From Chrysomallon squamiferum (Eukaryota; Animalia; Mollusca), in assembly GCA_012295275.1 (NCBI GenBank), contig CM022676.1, positions 11,656,001 to 11,720,000 on the forward strand: a DNA stretch of 64,000 bases. Direction: 5' to 3'. Shown here in pieces: positions 25,327-37,499 of the stretch (positions within the stretch are counted from its first letter, which is position 1; each line of letters opens with the position of its first letter). Position numbers and translations under genes: made by a program. The notes beneath the pieces are model-generated. The model searched no databases, had not been told where the DNA came from, and was given only the letters and a program-made list of their open reading frames with translations.

Positions 25327-25874
25327 CTGTTAACAATATTTTAATAATTATACTGCATAGAAATATCTTATCCTGAACAGAGAAACCTGTAACAGACTAT
25401 TTTATTAACACAGCTGTAAAACGTGGTAACATACACTGAATGATGTCCCCTGTTAATAGTATTTTAATAATTATACTGCATACAGGTACTCAACCATTTT
25501 ATTTAACATTTTTAAGACACACACACACACACATTTTCACATGCATAAACTTGCAAGCAACCTTTTATCAAATAGCAACAGTATCTTTATTATTATACCC
25601 TTTTGCATGAATTAAATCTCAATTTCAAAGAGAAGCAGCAAAATTATACTTTTAAAATATTAAATATTCAATTATTTTGTTAATGTTATAAAAAAATATA
25701 TATATAAACCGATGTAAATTCTGACTACGTAAACATTCCTATTTAGTTTTACCACTCAAAACATTCACAAAATTAAAATCTGTCTGCCAGCTTGTTTTGC
25801 GAAACTCTCTGAAGAGCCCTGGGCTAGAACGGGAGAAAGATAATAATGAGAACTAAAAAATGAGCTTTTCTCAC

Positions 25875-26017
25875 TTCTCCTCCTGCCAGAGGCACGTTGG
25901 TATTTTTAATTTTCCAGCTCATTGCAGGAACCGGGTCGCCCCTAGCAACGCATTTCAACACAGCAGCGCTATGTGCAGGTTTTGACACGTCCTCAATTGG
26001 ATCAATGGTGGGTGGAA
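25875..26017 (-). CDS. NCAM: Ig4 first-half exon (VPPTIDPIEDVSKPAHSAAVLKCVARGDPVPAMSWKIKNTNVPLAGGE)
   Basis: ttccag / gtgaga; 143 nt, phase 1 to 0. Confidence 0.92.
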
Positions 26018-26242
26018 CTGGAAAAAAGTCAAATAAAAATATCATGCGTTTACTCTGAAATTCAAACATCGTTTCACTTGATGGTCTGTCCGAGACGACG
26101 GTAAACATTTAAAAATGTTTACAACTATTAACTTTCTGACTCTGACAATTGTCAGTGAATAAAGTCACACAAATGTATGAATTATTTACGATTACAGTAG
26201 CCTTACACACACCCAAAACATCAACAGAGGTATTATCCCCAT

Positions 26243-26768
26243 TGATGTATATCTCATACATCACAAAACATTAACATGAAACGTAACTGATACATACCTA
26301 CAACACAGGCATCACTGATGTATCTCATACATCATAAAACATTAACATGAAACGTAACTGATACATACCTACAACACAGACATCCCTGATGTATCTCATA
26401 CATCACAAAACATTAACATGAAACGTAACTGATACATACCTACAACATCAACACATCCCTGATGTATCTCATACATCATAAATCATTAACATGAAACGTA
26501 ACTGATACATACCTACAACATCAACAGACATCCCTGATGTATCTCATACATCATAAAACATTAACATGAACCCTTACTGATACATACCTACAACACAGAC
26601 ATCACTGATGTATCTCATACATCATAAAACATTAACATGAACCGTAACTGATACATACCTACAACATCAACACAGACATCACTGATGTATCTCATACATC
26701 ATAAAACATTAACATGAACCCTTACTGATACATACCTACAACATCAACACTGACATCACTGATGTATC
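26243..26768. repeat. 71-77-bp minisatellite, 7 copies, derived from the Ig3 exon end and donor
   Basis: Unit ctgatgtatctcatacatcataaaacattaacatgaaacgtaactgatacatacctacaac(atc)aacacagacatc. Confidence 0.93.
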
Positions 26769-26813
26769 CCACACACTTTAAAACATTTAATATAAAAGCA
26801 GGTTATCACTTAC

Positions 26814-26979
26814 CTACAACATCGACATTGACATCAGCAGAGGCGTTGCCACCCTTGTTGTAAGCCATACACACGTACAAGCCCTCATCTGTGTCTTTGA
26901 GTTTCTCTATGATAAGAATTCCATTCGTCTCATCTATCTGGTACTGTGGCCCATTCTGCAGCGCTATCTTTGACTGACC
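26814..26979 (-). CDS. NCAM: Ig3 second-half exon (GQSKIALQNGPQYQIDETNGILIIEKLKDTDEGLYVCMAYNKGGNASADVNVDVV)
   Basis: ttacag / gtaagt; 166 nt, phase 0 to 1; DEGLYVCxAxNxGG. Confidence 0.93.
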
Positions 26980-27294
26980 CTGTAACAGTTGTAACCAACA
27001 CTTAGCTTTCTTAGCAAGAGACAGAGACTGACAGAGAGAGACAGAGACAGAGACAGAGACAGAGAGAGAGACAAAAAGAGAAAGAGACAGAGAGAGAAAG
27101 AGAAAGAGAGAGAGAGAAAGAAAGAAAGAAAGACAGACAGAGAGAGAGAGTAATAAGATGCAAGAGAGTAATAAGATGCAAGACAGATGGATGGACAGAC
27201 AGGAATGTAACACGATGGAAGAGAAAATAAGAGGAAAAGAAAAGATGGAGAAAAGATGGAGATTAGAAGGATAAGACAAAGAAACAATGTTTAC

Positions 27295-27407
27295 CTTGAA
27301 GAATTTGAACTTTGGCTGGGGGTCTCCTGAAGCCTCACATTTCATCTCAAAACGTTTTCCAGCGATTGCATTCGAGATGACTGGTCCACGAACCATGCTG
27401 GGTGGAA
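27295..27407 (-). CDS. NCAM: Ig3 first-half exon (IPPSMVRGPVISNAIAGKRFEMKCEASGDPQPKFKFFK)
   Basis: ttccag / gtaaac; 113 nt, phase 1 to 0; CEASGDPxP. Confidence 0.92.
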
Positions 27408-27689
27408 CTGGAAAAACAGAGCACACATGTTGTTCAACTGTATGACACAGCTCTGTCTACATTCACATGAGAATTAGCAGTAACAGATGTTTCATATCTG
27501 CCTTCCCATAAACTGATTTATCAAAAAGCTGTGTTACGGAACACTGAAGTGACAAGGAAATGGAACAACTCCACTGGGAGAATTATCTCCCCTTAAAGTC
27601 ACAGGCTTTCTTATGCAAAGAATTATTATTATTAATACTACTAATAATAAAAATTGTAACAATAAATAAATAAATAAAATGTCACCTAC

Positions 27690-27827
27690 TTCTCACTTTG
27701 ACTGTTATTTCATGTGACTGAAAGTCTCCAAAGTTTTGGACATACACCATACAGACATAGATACCATTGTCAGCCTCAGTGATATTCTTAATCATCAGTC
27801 CATTTGACTTCTGTACTATTCTCTCTC
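27690..27827 (-). CDS. NCAM: Ig2 second-half exon (GERIVQKSNGLMIKNITEADNGIYVCMVYVQNFGDFQSHEITVKVR)
   Basis: tttcag / gtaggt; 138 nt, phase 1 to 1; LxIxNI...DNGIYVC. Confidence 0.9.
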
Positions 27828-27838
27828 CTGAAACAAAA

Positions 27839-28322
27839 CAGTACAGTCACCTGAATAAAGTAGTGTATATTAACTGTACAAGTCACCTGAATAAAGTAGT
27901 GTATATTAACTGTACAAGTCACCTGAATAAAGTAATGTATATTAACTGTACAATACAGTCACCTGAATAAAGTAATGTATATTAACTGTACAACAGTCAC
28001 CTGAATAAAGTAATGTATATTAACTGTACAGTACAGTCACCTTAATAAAGTAATGTATATTAACTGTACAGTACAGTCACCTGAATAAAGTAATGTATAT
28101 TAACTGTACAATACAGTCACCTGAATAAAGTAATGTATATTAACTGTACAATACATTCACCTGAATAAAGTAATGTATATTAACTGTACAGAACAGTCAC
28201 CTGAATAAAGTAATGTATATTAACTGTACAGAACAGTCACCTGAATAAAGTAATGTATATTAACTGTACAATACAGTCACCTTAATAAAGTAATGTATAT
28301 TAACTGTACAGTACAGTCACCT
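27839..28322. repeat. 40-bp minisatellite, ~12 copies
   Basis: Unit cacctgaataaagtaatgtatattaactgtacaatacagt, directly next to the Ig2b acceptor. Confidence 0.95.
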
Positions 28323-28516
28323 CACTGCTGATTGTGTTGATGTTGCTCTGGGACCTTCTGGTGATGTGGCTCAGTGGAGCATGTCAGGTAAGCAATTTCC
28401 ATGAATTACTGATAGCTTCCACAACATCTTTCTTACCATGTTACAGCCTTTTACACACAACAGCAAAACTTTACCTGTTATCTTTGTAGTGTCGCAATCA
28501 CTTCTGCCTTTCAGTA

Positions 28517-28549
<33 letters not shown>

Positions 28550-28576
28550 ACACTATATTAATAAACAGTTAATTAC

Positions 28577-28711
28577 CTAACTTAATAAGGTTGCCATTCT
28601 TGTCCTGCCACTCCACGCTAGGCTGAGGGTTTGCTGTTGCGTCACATTCTATCAGAGCGTTGGTGTAAATGTTTGGTCTCTGCGTTGTGGGTGAGGTGAT
28701 TGTGATCCCTC
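28577..28711 (-). CDS. NCAM: Ig2 first-half exon (RGITITSPTTQRPNIYTNALIECDATANPQPSVEWQDKNGNLIKL)
   Basis: ttacag / gtaatt; 135 nt, phase 1 to 1; CxAxANPxPxVxW motif. Confidence 0.92.
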
Positions 28712-29310
28712 CTGTAACAAACCAAGCATTAAAATGTAGCTCAGATTACCCACTGCCATCATCGTATTGGTTGTGGTGGTGGTGGTTGTAGCAGTGGTAG
28801 TTTGAACAGTATTGTAACAGTAATAACAGACGTTAATAGTATTTTAGTATTACTACTGTTGATGGTAATAATAGTAATTGTTGCTGTAGCAATGGTGTGA
28901 TGATGATGGTGTTAGTAACATAGTAGTAAACATGATAATAGTAGAAGCAGATGTAGCAATGATGGTGGTAGTTTAGTAATGGTAGTGGTGGAAGCAGTAA
29001 CAGTTGATGTAGCAGTAGTGTGATGATGATGGTGTTAGTAGTGTTGTATGAGTAGTACAGTAGTAGTAGTATAGTAAAAGTAACAGCAGCTGCAGCAATG
29101 ATGATGTTATTTTAGCAGTAGTTGTGGTAGCAGTAACAGATGTCACTGTGTTGGTGGAAGCAGTTGTGTCAGTCAAAGTAGTGTGACTGATATGAGAACA
29201 CCAGAAGCCAATCTGTAAACTCTGTCTTAAATTAAACAAAAAATTAAATTAATGTTGCTGTCTGTTGCTTTTCAAACAAGTGTGTTTTTGTAAATGTGGG
29301 ATACACGTAC

Positions 29311-29447
29311 TGTAGATTGACAGCTCAATCGTCTTCTTCAACTCATTGCCATTCACTGTAGACTTGCAAGTGTAGACTCCCGCATCTGTGTCTTGAACAG
29401 GGTTGAATGTTAACCTATTTGTAGATCCTCGCAGAGTGGCTCGCACT
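29311..29447 (-). CDS. NCAM: Ig1 second-half exon (RVRATLRGSTNRLTFNPVQDTDAGVYTCKSTVNGNELKKTIELSIY)
   Basis: tttcag / gtacgt; 137 nt, phase 2 to 1; DAGVYTC motif. Confidence 0.92.
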
Positions 29448-29823
29448 CTGAAACAACCACAAACATCTCTCATGTTTCTTACTGATTACTTTAAAAACAT
29501 CAACAATAACAATATTCTGCAATTTGAATCAGTAACTTTTTGTGGGTTTTTTTTTTTTAATTTCATTTGTTTTTGTTTTTTGGGGGCATTGTTTTGTTTT
29601 TAAATTAAAAGTAATACTGAAAGTGTTTCTGTTTTCAAATATTTTTGCTCTTTATTTTAATTTTTATTTAATGAAAGGGGAAAAAAAAAAAGTCTTCTTT
29701 TCGTTTCTTTTATAAAATTTTAGAATAATTTAGAAAACAAAAAATACAGAGACCTCTGATTTGCTAGTTTCAAAAATTAAAACAATATTAAATAATATGA
29801 ATGATTAAATTGTTGGGGTTTAC

Positions 29824-29977
29824 CTAGATCTAGTGTCATTGATAACCTGGTCAATGTTGTTGTACCATTTCAGTGGAACAACTGATTCTGCTCCTTGCAG
29901 CTCACAAACAACCATGAAAGGCACACCCACCTTCTTTGGAGGAGCCACATCAGGAGATAGAGACAGCTCCTGAGCAT
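29824..29977 (-). CDS. NCAM: Ig1 first-half exon (xAQELSLSPDVAPPKKVGVPFMVVCELQGAESVVPLKWYNNIDQVINDTRS)
   Basis: tttcag acceptor, gtaaac donor; 154 nt, phase 1 to 2; Ig B-strand Cys and C-strand Trp. Confidence 0.88.
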
Positions 29978-30057
29978 CTGAAATAAAAACAAAAAATTGA
30001 TTTTAACAATTAGTTTGTGAACTTTACTTCCATAGAAGTAATACACTTGATGATACT

Positions 30058-30688
30058 AGTTTCAGTAAAGAGGACTCTATTATTTCTGTAAGGAGGACTG
30101 TACTGTTTCAGTAAAGAGAACTGTACTGTTTCTGTAAAGAGGACTCTACTGTTTCTGTAAAGACTAATGTTTCTGTAAAGAGAACTGTACTGTTTCTGTG
30201 AAGAGAACTCTACTGTTTCTGTAAAGAGGACTCTACTGTTTCTGTAAAGAGGACTGTACTGTTTCTGTAAAGAGGACTACTGTTTCTGTAAAGAGAACTG
30301 TATTGTTTCTGTAAAGAGGACTGTATTGTTTCTGTAAAGAGGACTCTGTTTCTGTAAAGAGGACTGTATTGTTTCTGTAAAGAGGACTCTACTGTTTCTG
30401 TAAAGAGAACAGTATTGTTTCTGTAAAGAGGACTGTATTGTTTCTGTAAAGAGGACTCTACTGTTTCTGTAAAGAGAACTGTACTGTTTCTGTAAAGAGA
30501 ACTGTATTGTTTCTGTAAAGAGAACTGTACTGTTTCTGTAAAGAGAACTGTATTGTTTCTGTAAAGAGGACTCTACTGTTTCTGTAAAGAGAACTGTATT
30601 GTTTCTGTAAAGAGAACTACAGTATTTCTGTACAGAAAACTTTACTGGTTTCCATAAAGAGGACTATACTGTTTCTGTAAAGAGGACC
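30058..30688. repeat. 23-bp minisatellite (tgtttctgtaaagaggactgtac), ~27 copies
   Basis: Seen directly. Confidence 0.95.
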
Positions 30689-31528
30689 ATTTTAAACAAT
30701 GTAAGGAATGGAGTGAATTCTGTATGGAAACCTGTGTCAAGAACTCTGTAGATCTCTACTGAGAGGACTGTTTGGGTTCTCTGTGTGGGACACTAAACAA
30801 AACATTATGTTTATTTTAAATCAGTAGTGGGGGGTTTTCTGTATGCGTGCATATTTACTAAAAAAAATTGTGCTACTTTAAGTAAGGTTTTGAAAAAGAA
30901 TGCTGTAATAAATTATGTTTCTGTTAACATTTAAACTGACTTTTCCAGGTTACAAAAGATGAAGTATACTCCGAAACTTCTAATTATTGTAAAAATCAGA
31001 ACTAGGAACATCAAGTCAATGTTCTTAAATCTAACATACAAAATATGACAATTGTTTTCTCTTGCAGTATAAAATATGTACATATATATATTAAATTAAG
31101 TAAGTCTTTTGCGTTCCATTTTTCTGTGGTGCAAAATGCCAGGTTAAGAATTACTGTATATGCTGTGTAAACAGAAGTCCACATTACATCAACAATCTAA
31201 AACATACACAAATAAAAAATAATAATAATAATTGTAATAATACAATAAAAATACTTTAAAAGTCACCAAAGAAAATGCTATGATCTTTATTCTGTGAATT
31301 CTGTGAACAACAATTTTAGAACAGGTTTGCGTTGTCTTTATTAGATTATAGACCTAATTACTCATGTGTTTGTGTGTAATCTGCTAGGTCACTCTACAAA
31401 CTGATCATCAAATAACCATTATAACAGGGTAATGGGACAGACCGGATAAACAGTTCTACGTAACCGTGGGAACACATCCTGTGGGTCTGGGAGGTGGGAG
31501 TTCTGTATAACTGGAGAGTTCCAGATGG

Positions 31529-31562
<34 letters not shown>

Positions 31563-31908
31563 GTTTGGCTTGCAACAGAATTTAGAAAAAGTTAAGAATT
31601 TAGGGCAGGATTCACATTTTTTCTTTTCTTCTTTCTTCTGTTCCTAATTTTTTCTTCTTTTCTTTTTTCTCTTAAATTTATAAAATAAAATAACTGCCAC
31701 GCCTCTCCCACCCATGTGTGTGTCTGAAAAGAGTCAGGAATGTGACAGGAATGCTGTGCTGTATATTAAAGTGAGATGGGAGTTGTTGAAATGCAGGCTG
31801 CTGTTAAATGTCACACTTACAAATCATCTCTTTTTTTCTTTTTTTTTTAAAGTTCTGAACAGTTTTTATATTTATACTTCAGAACCTACATGCCACTGTC
31901 TTTGTCTC

Positions 31909-31941
<33 letters not shown>

Positions 31942-32500
31942 CAAACTGAAAGTAATTAGAATATTAATGTTGTATGTAATAATTCTTTTACATTTTGTGT
32001 AAGTTGTGTATATGAGTGCATGCATGTGTTTGAGTGCATGCATGTGTGCATGTGTACATGTGTGTCTGTGTGTGTCTGTGTGTGTCCATGCATACATGCA
32101 TGTGCATGTTATGCTGTGGTAGTCTAGATGTTACAACAAGCAGTGTGTTCCAGGACAGAGAAAAAAAAAAGCCATGATATTTATGCAGCAATTTGATCTG
32201 TCAGTGAAAGGTTATGTGTTCTCTGATTAATAGGAGCCACGTACAGATAACACAGCCAGCTGTACTAGGTGTGGAACAAGTGAGCGAGCAAGTGAGTAAC
32301 AGACAAATACACCACAGGACTCAATGTAGGAATGAGTGAGTGAGCGAGTGAGTAAGAGAAAGTGTAACAGACAAATACACCACAGAACTCAATGTAGGAA
32401 CAAGTGAAGAACAAGTGAAACGAAAGTAAGAGAATTTCAACACATACAAAATACAATGAGAAGATGAACAGCTAAAATAATAAAGAAGTAGTGTATGTAT

Positions 32501-32532
<32 letters not shown>

Positions 32533-35500
32533 AACCTGCAGACTGAACCCTTCCCCCACACACACACACACAACTTCTTAATAGATGAAATTAAGGAAAT
32601 TTAATTCAACAACATAAATACACAAGATACAATTTGTCATGAGAAATCCAGAGATGAGCTCAGTCCACTACTGGTCAAAACTAATGAATGAGAATTACTG
32701 AGGTCATCTAGTGTGTCAGTCTGATGATGACTGACTGAGAAGTAATGGCTCCGGTCAGCTAGGGTGGACACATTGTGACCAGTGACCACAGCTGGTCACT
32801 GGCAGGAAAACAAAACATTAAATCTTTATTATCTTAATGTGAACTTAATAAAAACTGAGCTAGTTCAGTGACTAAATAAAATAAAAATTATTTTAATAAT
32901 TCTTGTATGCTGTAATATATATTTTAAAGATATCATTCAGTTATGTCCTGTCTTTTTAACTTTTATTTCTACTGATGAATTTTTAATGACAACCCAGCAT
33001 TAAAAAAAAAAATAAAAATTAAAAATTAAGACTATTTTTGTTTCTAGTGGCAGATGGTTTACCAGTAAATGGGTTAGAACATGCCAGCCTCAGAATTTGC
33101 ATCTTTCACAGAACCAAGCTAAAAAGTGAAAACAGGCCTCTCTTGTTATCACACCATTTACAGTAATTTAACCTGTAATTTAACTAGTAATTTCTGTAGC
33201 CACAAACTAATTACATGAATCTGTTATCAGTGCTTACATGAATGGATACATGCACAGAGGTATGTGGATATAAACCAAAGGTGTACCTACAAAATGATAA
33301 AAGAAATGTGTTGCTTTTTGTACTACATTTTTTGAATAGGCATGGTCTGTATGTATGTATGTGGGGGTGTAAGAAAGATATACACACACACACACAAATG
33401 CAGAGATGTTTAAAAATGTACTAGTTCTGACTACAAGTTAGTTTTTCTTCTTACACTGGTGCACACAACACACACACATCAACTACTTAACAAACCAGTG
33501 TAAACCAACACAATTTGTTTCAACCTTTAGAGGCTGCAGGTCAAACATCCTGTGTCTGTGTGTCCATCTGTCAGTGACAGTTGTATAATCACACACCACT
33601 TCAACACGTTTGTACTCACTGTTTGTACACAGAGATTTAACCCACAGTAACACAGCCACACCCACCTCCCTGACTGCCAGGATTTCTAGTGACCAACTCA
33701 ACTAATAACTGTTTTCTTATCTTTCTGAAGTTTATACAGTTCTACAAGCTTTTTAAACAAAACACATAATCAAAATATAGCATCTAAAAATGTTAAAAAT
33801 TTAAAAATAAATGTTCTAAATGTGAACAGATATTTTAAGGCAGTCTATGAAAAATAAATAAATAAATGTAAATAAAATAAATAATAAATTGTTTTATATA
33901 ACAATGCAGATGAAGATTTTAAAAAAACATTTATATAATTTTACAGTTGAAATGGTATCTTTTAGTGTCACCAGCATTACTTTTTATAATTATTTTTATT
34001 ATATTGGTTTACTTGATAATTAAAAATACATATAAGTAAATGTATGTTTTATCTTGTCAGTGTATTGAATTTTGATATCATGAAAAGGTTTAATCAGTAA
34101 TGAAAAGCAAAAAGCTGCCAAGTTTGTTGAAATTTTATCCTTAGTTACATTCATTTGTTTGTTTGTTTATTTATTTATTTATTTATTTATTTTACAATAC
34201 TGTACAGTATAGATTAATTTCTATAAGATCAGTTACGTGATTTGAGACAGCAAATAACATTGACAAAAGTAAAAAAAAAAAAAAAAAATCAGTTTTTTCC
34301 AATAAACCACAAGGAATGTTTTAGACATGGTTGCCTTTGATGTGCAAAGTTTTGTTGTACTGGTGGAATGAGGAAAATTGGAAGAGGGCCATTAGCAATA
34401 ACTGATGTCCATCAACTACTGATGTTTCAGTGTGTGCTGGGCTAGCTGTTTAATTATTGAAAATACAAGTCTCAGTTTACAGAACGAAGCATCTCGTGTT
34501 ATTGATCAACATGCACAGTTATGTGTGCTTTTAAAAAACAAACGACAAAAAAAAATTCACTGAGTGATGCTGGATAATCAATCTTTGAAGAAATCAATAA
34601 ACAACATAACTTTTTTCTTATGTAGGGAGTAATACCCATAATGAATAGTTAATCTCTAATGCAATAAATAAAAAATAATATGATGCATATCAATTTTCTT
34701 ATTTAGTGATTAATATTTGATAACAAATGGTTAATCTCTAAGGAATGAATAAAATAAAATATAATGAGTATCATTTTTCTGATCTAATGAACAATGTCTG
34801 ATGATGAATAATTTGTAATGTAATAAACAAATGAAATAGCAGGAATTACACTGTGACTGAATTAAATAACATGGGCTTTAGTGGCATCTAGTACAGGCCC
34901 ATTTATTTTCTTTCAACATTCATTCAAATGAAGACAAAAACAATTCCCCAAAAAATAATAAAATAAAATAATAGTAACAATAATAAAAAGCAAAATATTC
35001 CTCCTCAGTAACGGAAAAATAAATACTTCAGTTTTATACAGATTCACAGAGATACAGCCAGCCAGCCAGCTAGGCAGGCAGACCTGTCTATGTAACTGAA
35101 ATTATCACACTAACCCAACATTAACAGAGCCCTGGTTAGAACAAGGTAAACACTCATCTCTTACTTAGAAAAGAGTTTCACTGAAACTCATCGAAGTGGA
35201 AACTGACACAAGTGTTATGAAGTGCTAACTAGTGAGGTGTAGCTCTGAATATATGATATAACAATAGGTTGTATTGTGAAGCGTAACTGAATGTACAACA
35301 CAACAGTAGGTTATTAGTGCTGAATCATCCTCTCAAACAACCCTGTACTGTACTTGTTTTCTCATGTGTCTACACCAACTGAAGCCCTGAACAGATAGAA
35401 AGACATTTTTAGAATACACAGATTACTGATTTATTATTTGGTTTAATTTTCATTCTTTCATGTCAAGAAAATTTATTTTATTATTATTATTATTATTAAT

Positions 35501-36725
35501 TTTTTTTTTCTAAACCCAAAGCAAATATCTGACCTTGTTAATACTCAGTATGGATTACAAAACAACTTTGTAAAATATTTATATAATGTAAACACAGTCT
35601 TAACCGCCTCTCAAAAATGAAGGAAAATAAAAACGTATTATGTGTGTATATGTGCACGTCTCATTTACTCATTACATTACGCTTATCCAGTCATCTGTAA
35701 CCACAAGTACTTTTTTATTTTTCATCTAGAGGAAAGCATTTCGGAACTTTTATGTCTTCATTATCTGTGTATCTGATATAAAAGGAATAAAAAAAAAATA
35801 TGTGTAGTATTCACAAAGTTGTCCATGTTTTCATTAACTTTCTCTCTGATAAGTTTGTGTGCGAGAGTTCAAACAATCACCCTTTCAAAGTGCACAGTCA
35901 CCCTCATCCACAATCCTGTGTTCCCCCAGGATTTCATATCAAAGGTCACATCACTGGTTTCTTCCTTCATCTTGATCAAAGCTAGCAGTGAAAATACTAC
36001 AGCAGGCTGGAAGCAAAGTCAGATACAGAAGGAAAGTAAAAGAAAAAGGTATTTGGCAGCTGAAGTTTGTATTTCACGATGGTAAAAGATTGAAAGAAAG
36101 AAAGAAAGGAAAGATCAGTCGAATACACTTTAATTTTTCTTTCATGATGTTCAAAGAAGCTGAAAATATCATTTAATAACATTATTTTATTTCTTCACAG
36201 CATTACAGAGGAAACCCACTGCTAACACTTTAACAGATTATTCTTACTAATTAGCAGAAAGCTGTGCTTACACAACCTCCCCATAGACAGTAAAAGACAA
36301 CCTTCGACAAACCCAGTCAGTGGATCCTGGCTGGTACACTTTTCATTTGATTTTGGAATGTATGCATGCAAGATTCATATAAACAGGATAATTTAAAACA
36401 AAAAACAAAGCCCAAACATTTGTTGTTGTTTTGTTTTTTCCCAGATAATAAAAACTATTTGTAGAATTTTATAGCTGGAATGATAACAGTATCTTTTAGA
36501 ATTCTGCAACAGTATGAAAAACAATGACATTATTTTGGTAAACAGTTATTCAGAGGCATTTGTTACATAGCAATAATATTTCAGTATGTAAATATTTTTA
36601 CTGCCATCAGCTGGTTTGATTTAAAGTAAAAATTACAGCTGTAACCTGGTGACAAAGTAAAAACTGCTGTCATTTCACATCACATTCTGCTATGTGTTTA
36701 CAGTAATGATACAAGCAAGACTAAG

Positions 36726-36779
<54 letters not shown>

Positions 36780-37499
36780 CATATACATCTGGTATTTCAC
36801 TACTGTTCTGCTTCAGCTGATACTTCATTCATGAAGTAACTACTAGAAGCATTACATGTTGTAACAGGTATATAACACACATTACATCTAATATTCACAT
36901 ATGAAGCAACTTGGATTATTTTTTATCTCTTTGACATAATACACACGCACTGATCAATAAATCAATCCACGTGAAAACGTGGAGGAATTCGGTGAGAAAA
37001 CTAATTAGAGTGACACACCTGTGTGACACGTTGAGTGTTCTGACTAATTCAAAATACCTGATGTACAGGTAAACAACAGCTATCTGTCTACCTATCTGTC
37101 AACACCTGTCAAGAGACGATCAATATCTCAATGACACAAAGGTATTAATTCAGTTGTCAACTTTTATCAGATCAGTAATTAATACACAGCTGCATTGAAA
37201 TTGCATTATCTGAACTTTGTTTGTACCTGACAAAAATCTACCTGTCCCTTAGCTTGTGGAACAACTTTTACAACTATAAATTATAATGAATGTAACTATT
37301 AAATCAAGTATCTGAAACATCTCATTTATTTTCTTATGCAGGGAGACACATACAGGTTCATGCACATACCAAATAAAACATCTGAACTTCTGCAGAAATC
37401 CTGGAAGTCATGTGCTATAAAACTAGCAGCAAATTTTGTTAACATGAGAAGTAACTTGATTACGTTGTTCAGTGGGCTATCAAGCAAGAATTCATCCAT

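Larger units (their letters stand above)
485..29977 (-). other. NCAM: NCAM/Fasciclin II/apCAM-family gene (5 Ig + 2 FN3; alternative GPI or TM+cytoplasmic C-termini); 5' signal-peptide exon not identified
   Basis: Ordered GT-AG exons with compatible phases encode Ig1-5 (each split over two exons, with C...W...DxxxYxC motifs), two FN3 domains, a TM segment ending IDVSLYF, and an acidic tail ending EPKA (NCAM1 ends ESKA). This is the family architecture. Exact orthology was not tested. Confidence 0.92.

Noticed and set aside
28973-29239. Thr-rich ORF between Ig1 and Ig2 as an extra mucin exon
   Set aside because: It lies in a degenerate trinucleotide (GTA/GAT/GCA) low-complexity tract, and I found no convincing phase-compatible splice sites.
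32016-32110. Dense TGCATG (Rbfox) motifs
   Set aside because: They are a by-product of a degenerate TG/CATG microsatellite far from any alternative exon.
32779-32802. Perfect 10-bp hairpin ccagtgacca-cagc-tggtcactgg
   Set aside because: It is isolated, too short for a miRNA precursor, and has no accompanying element features.
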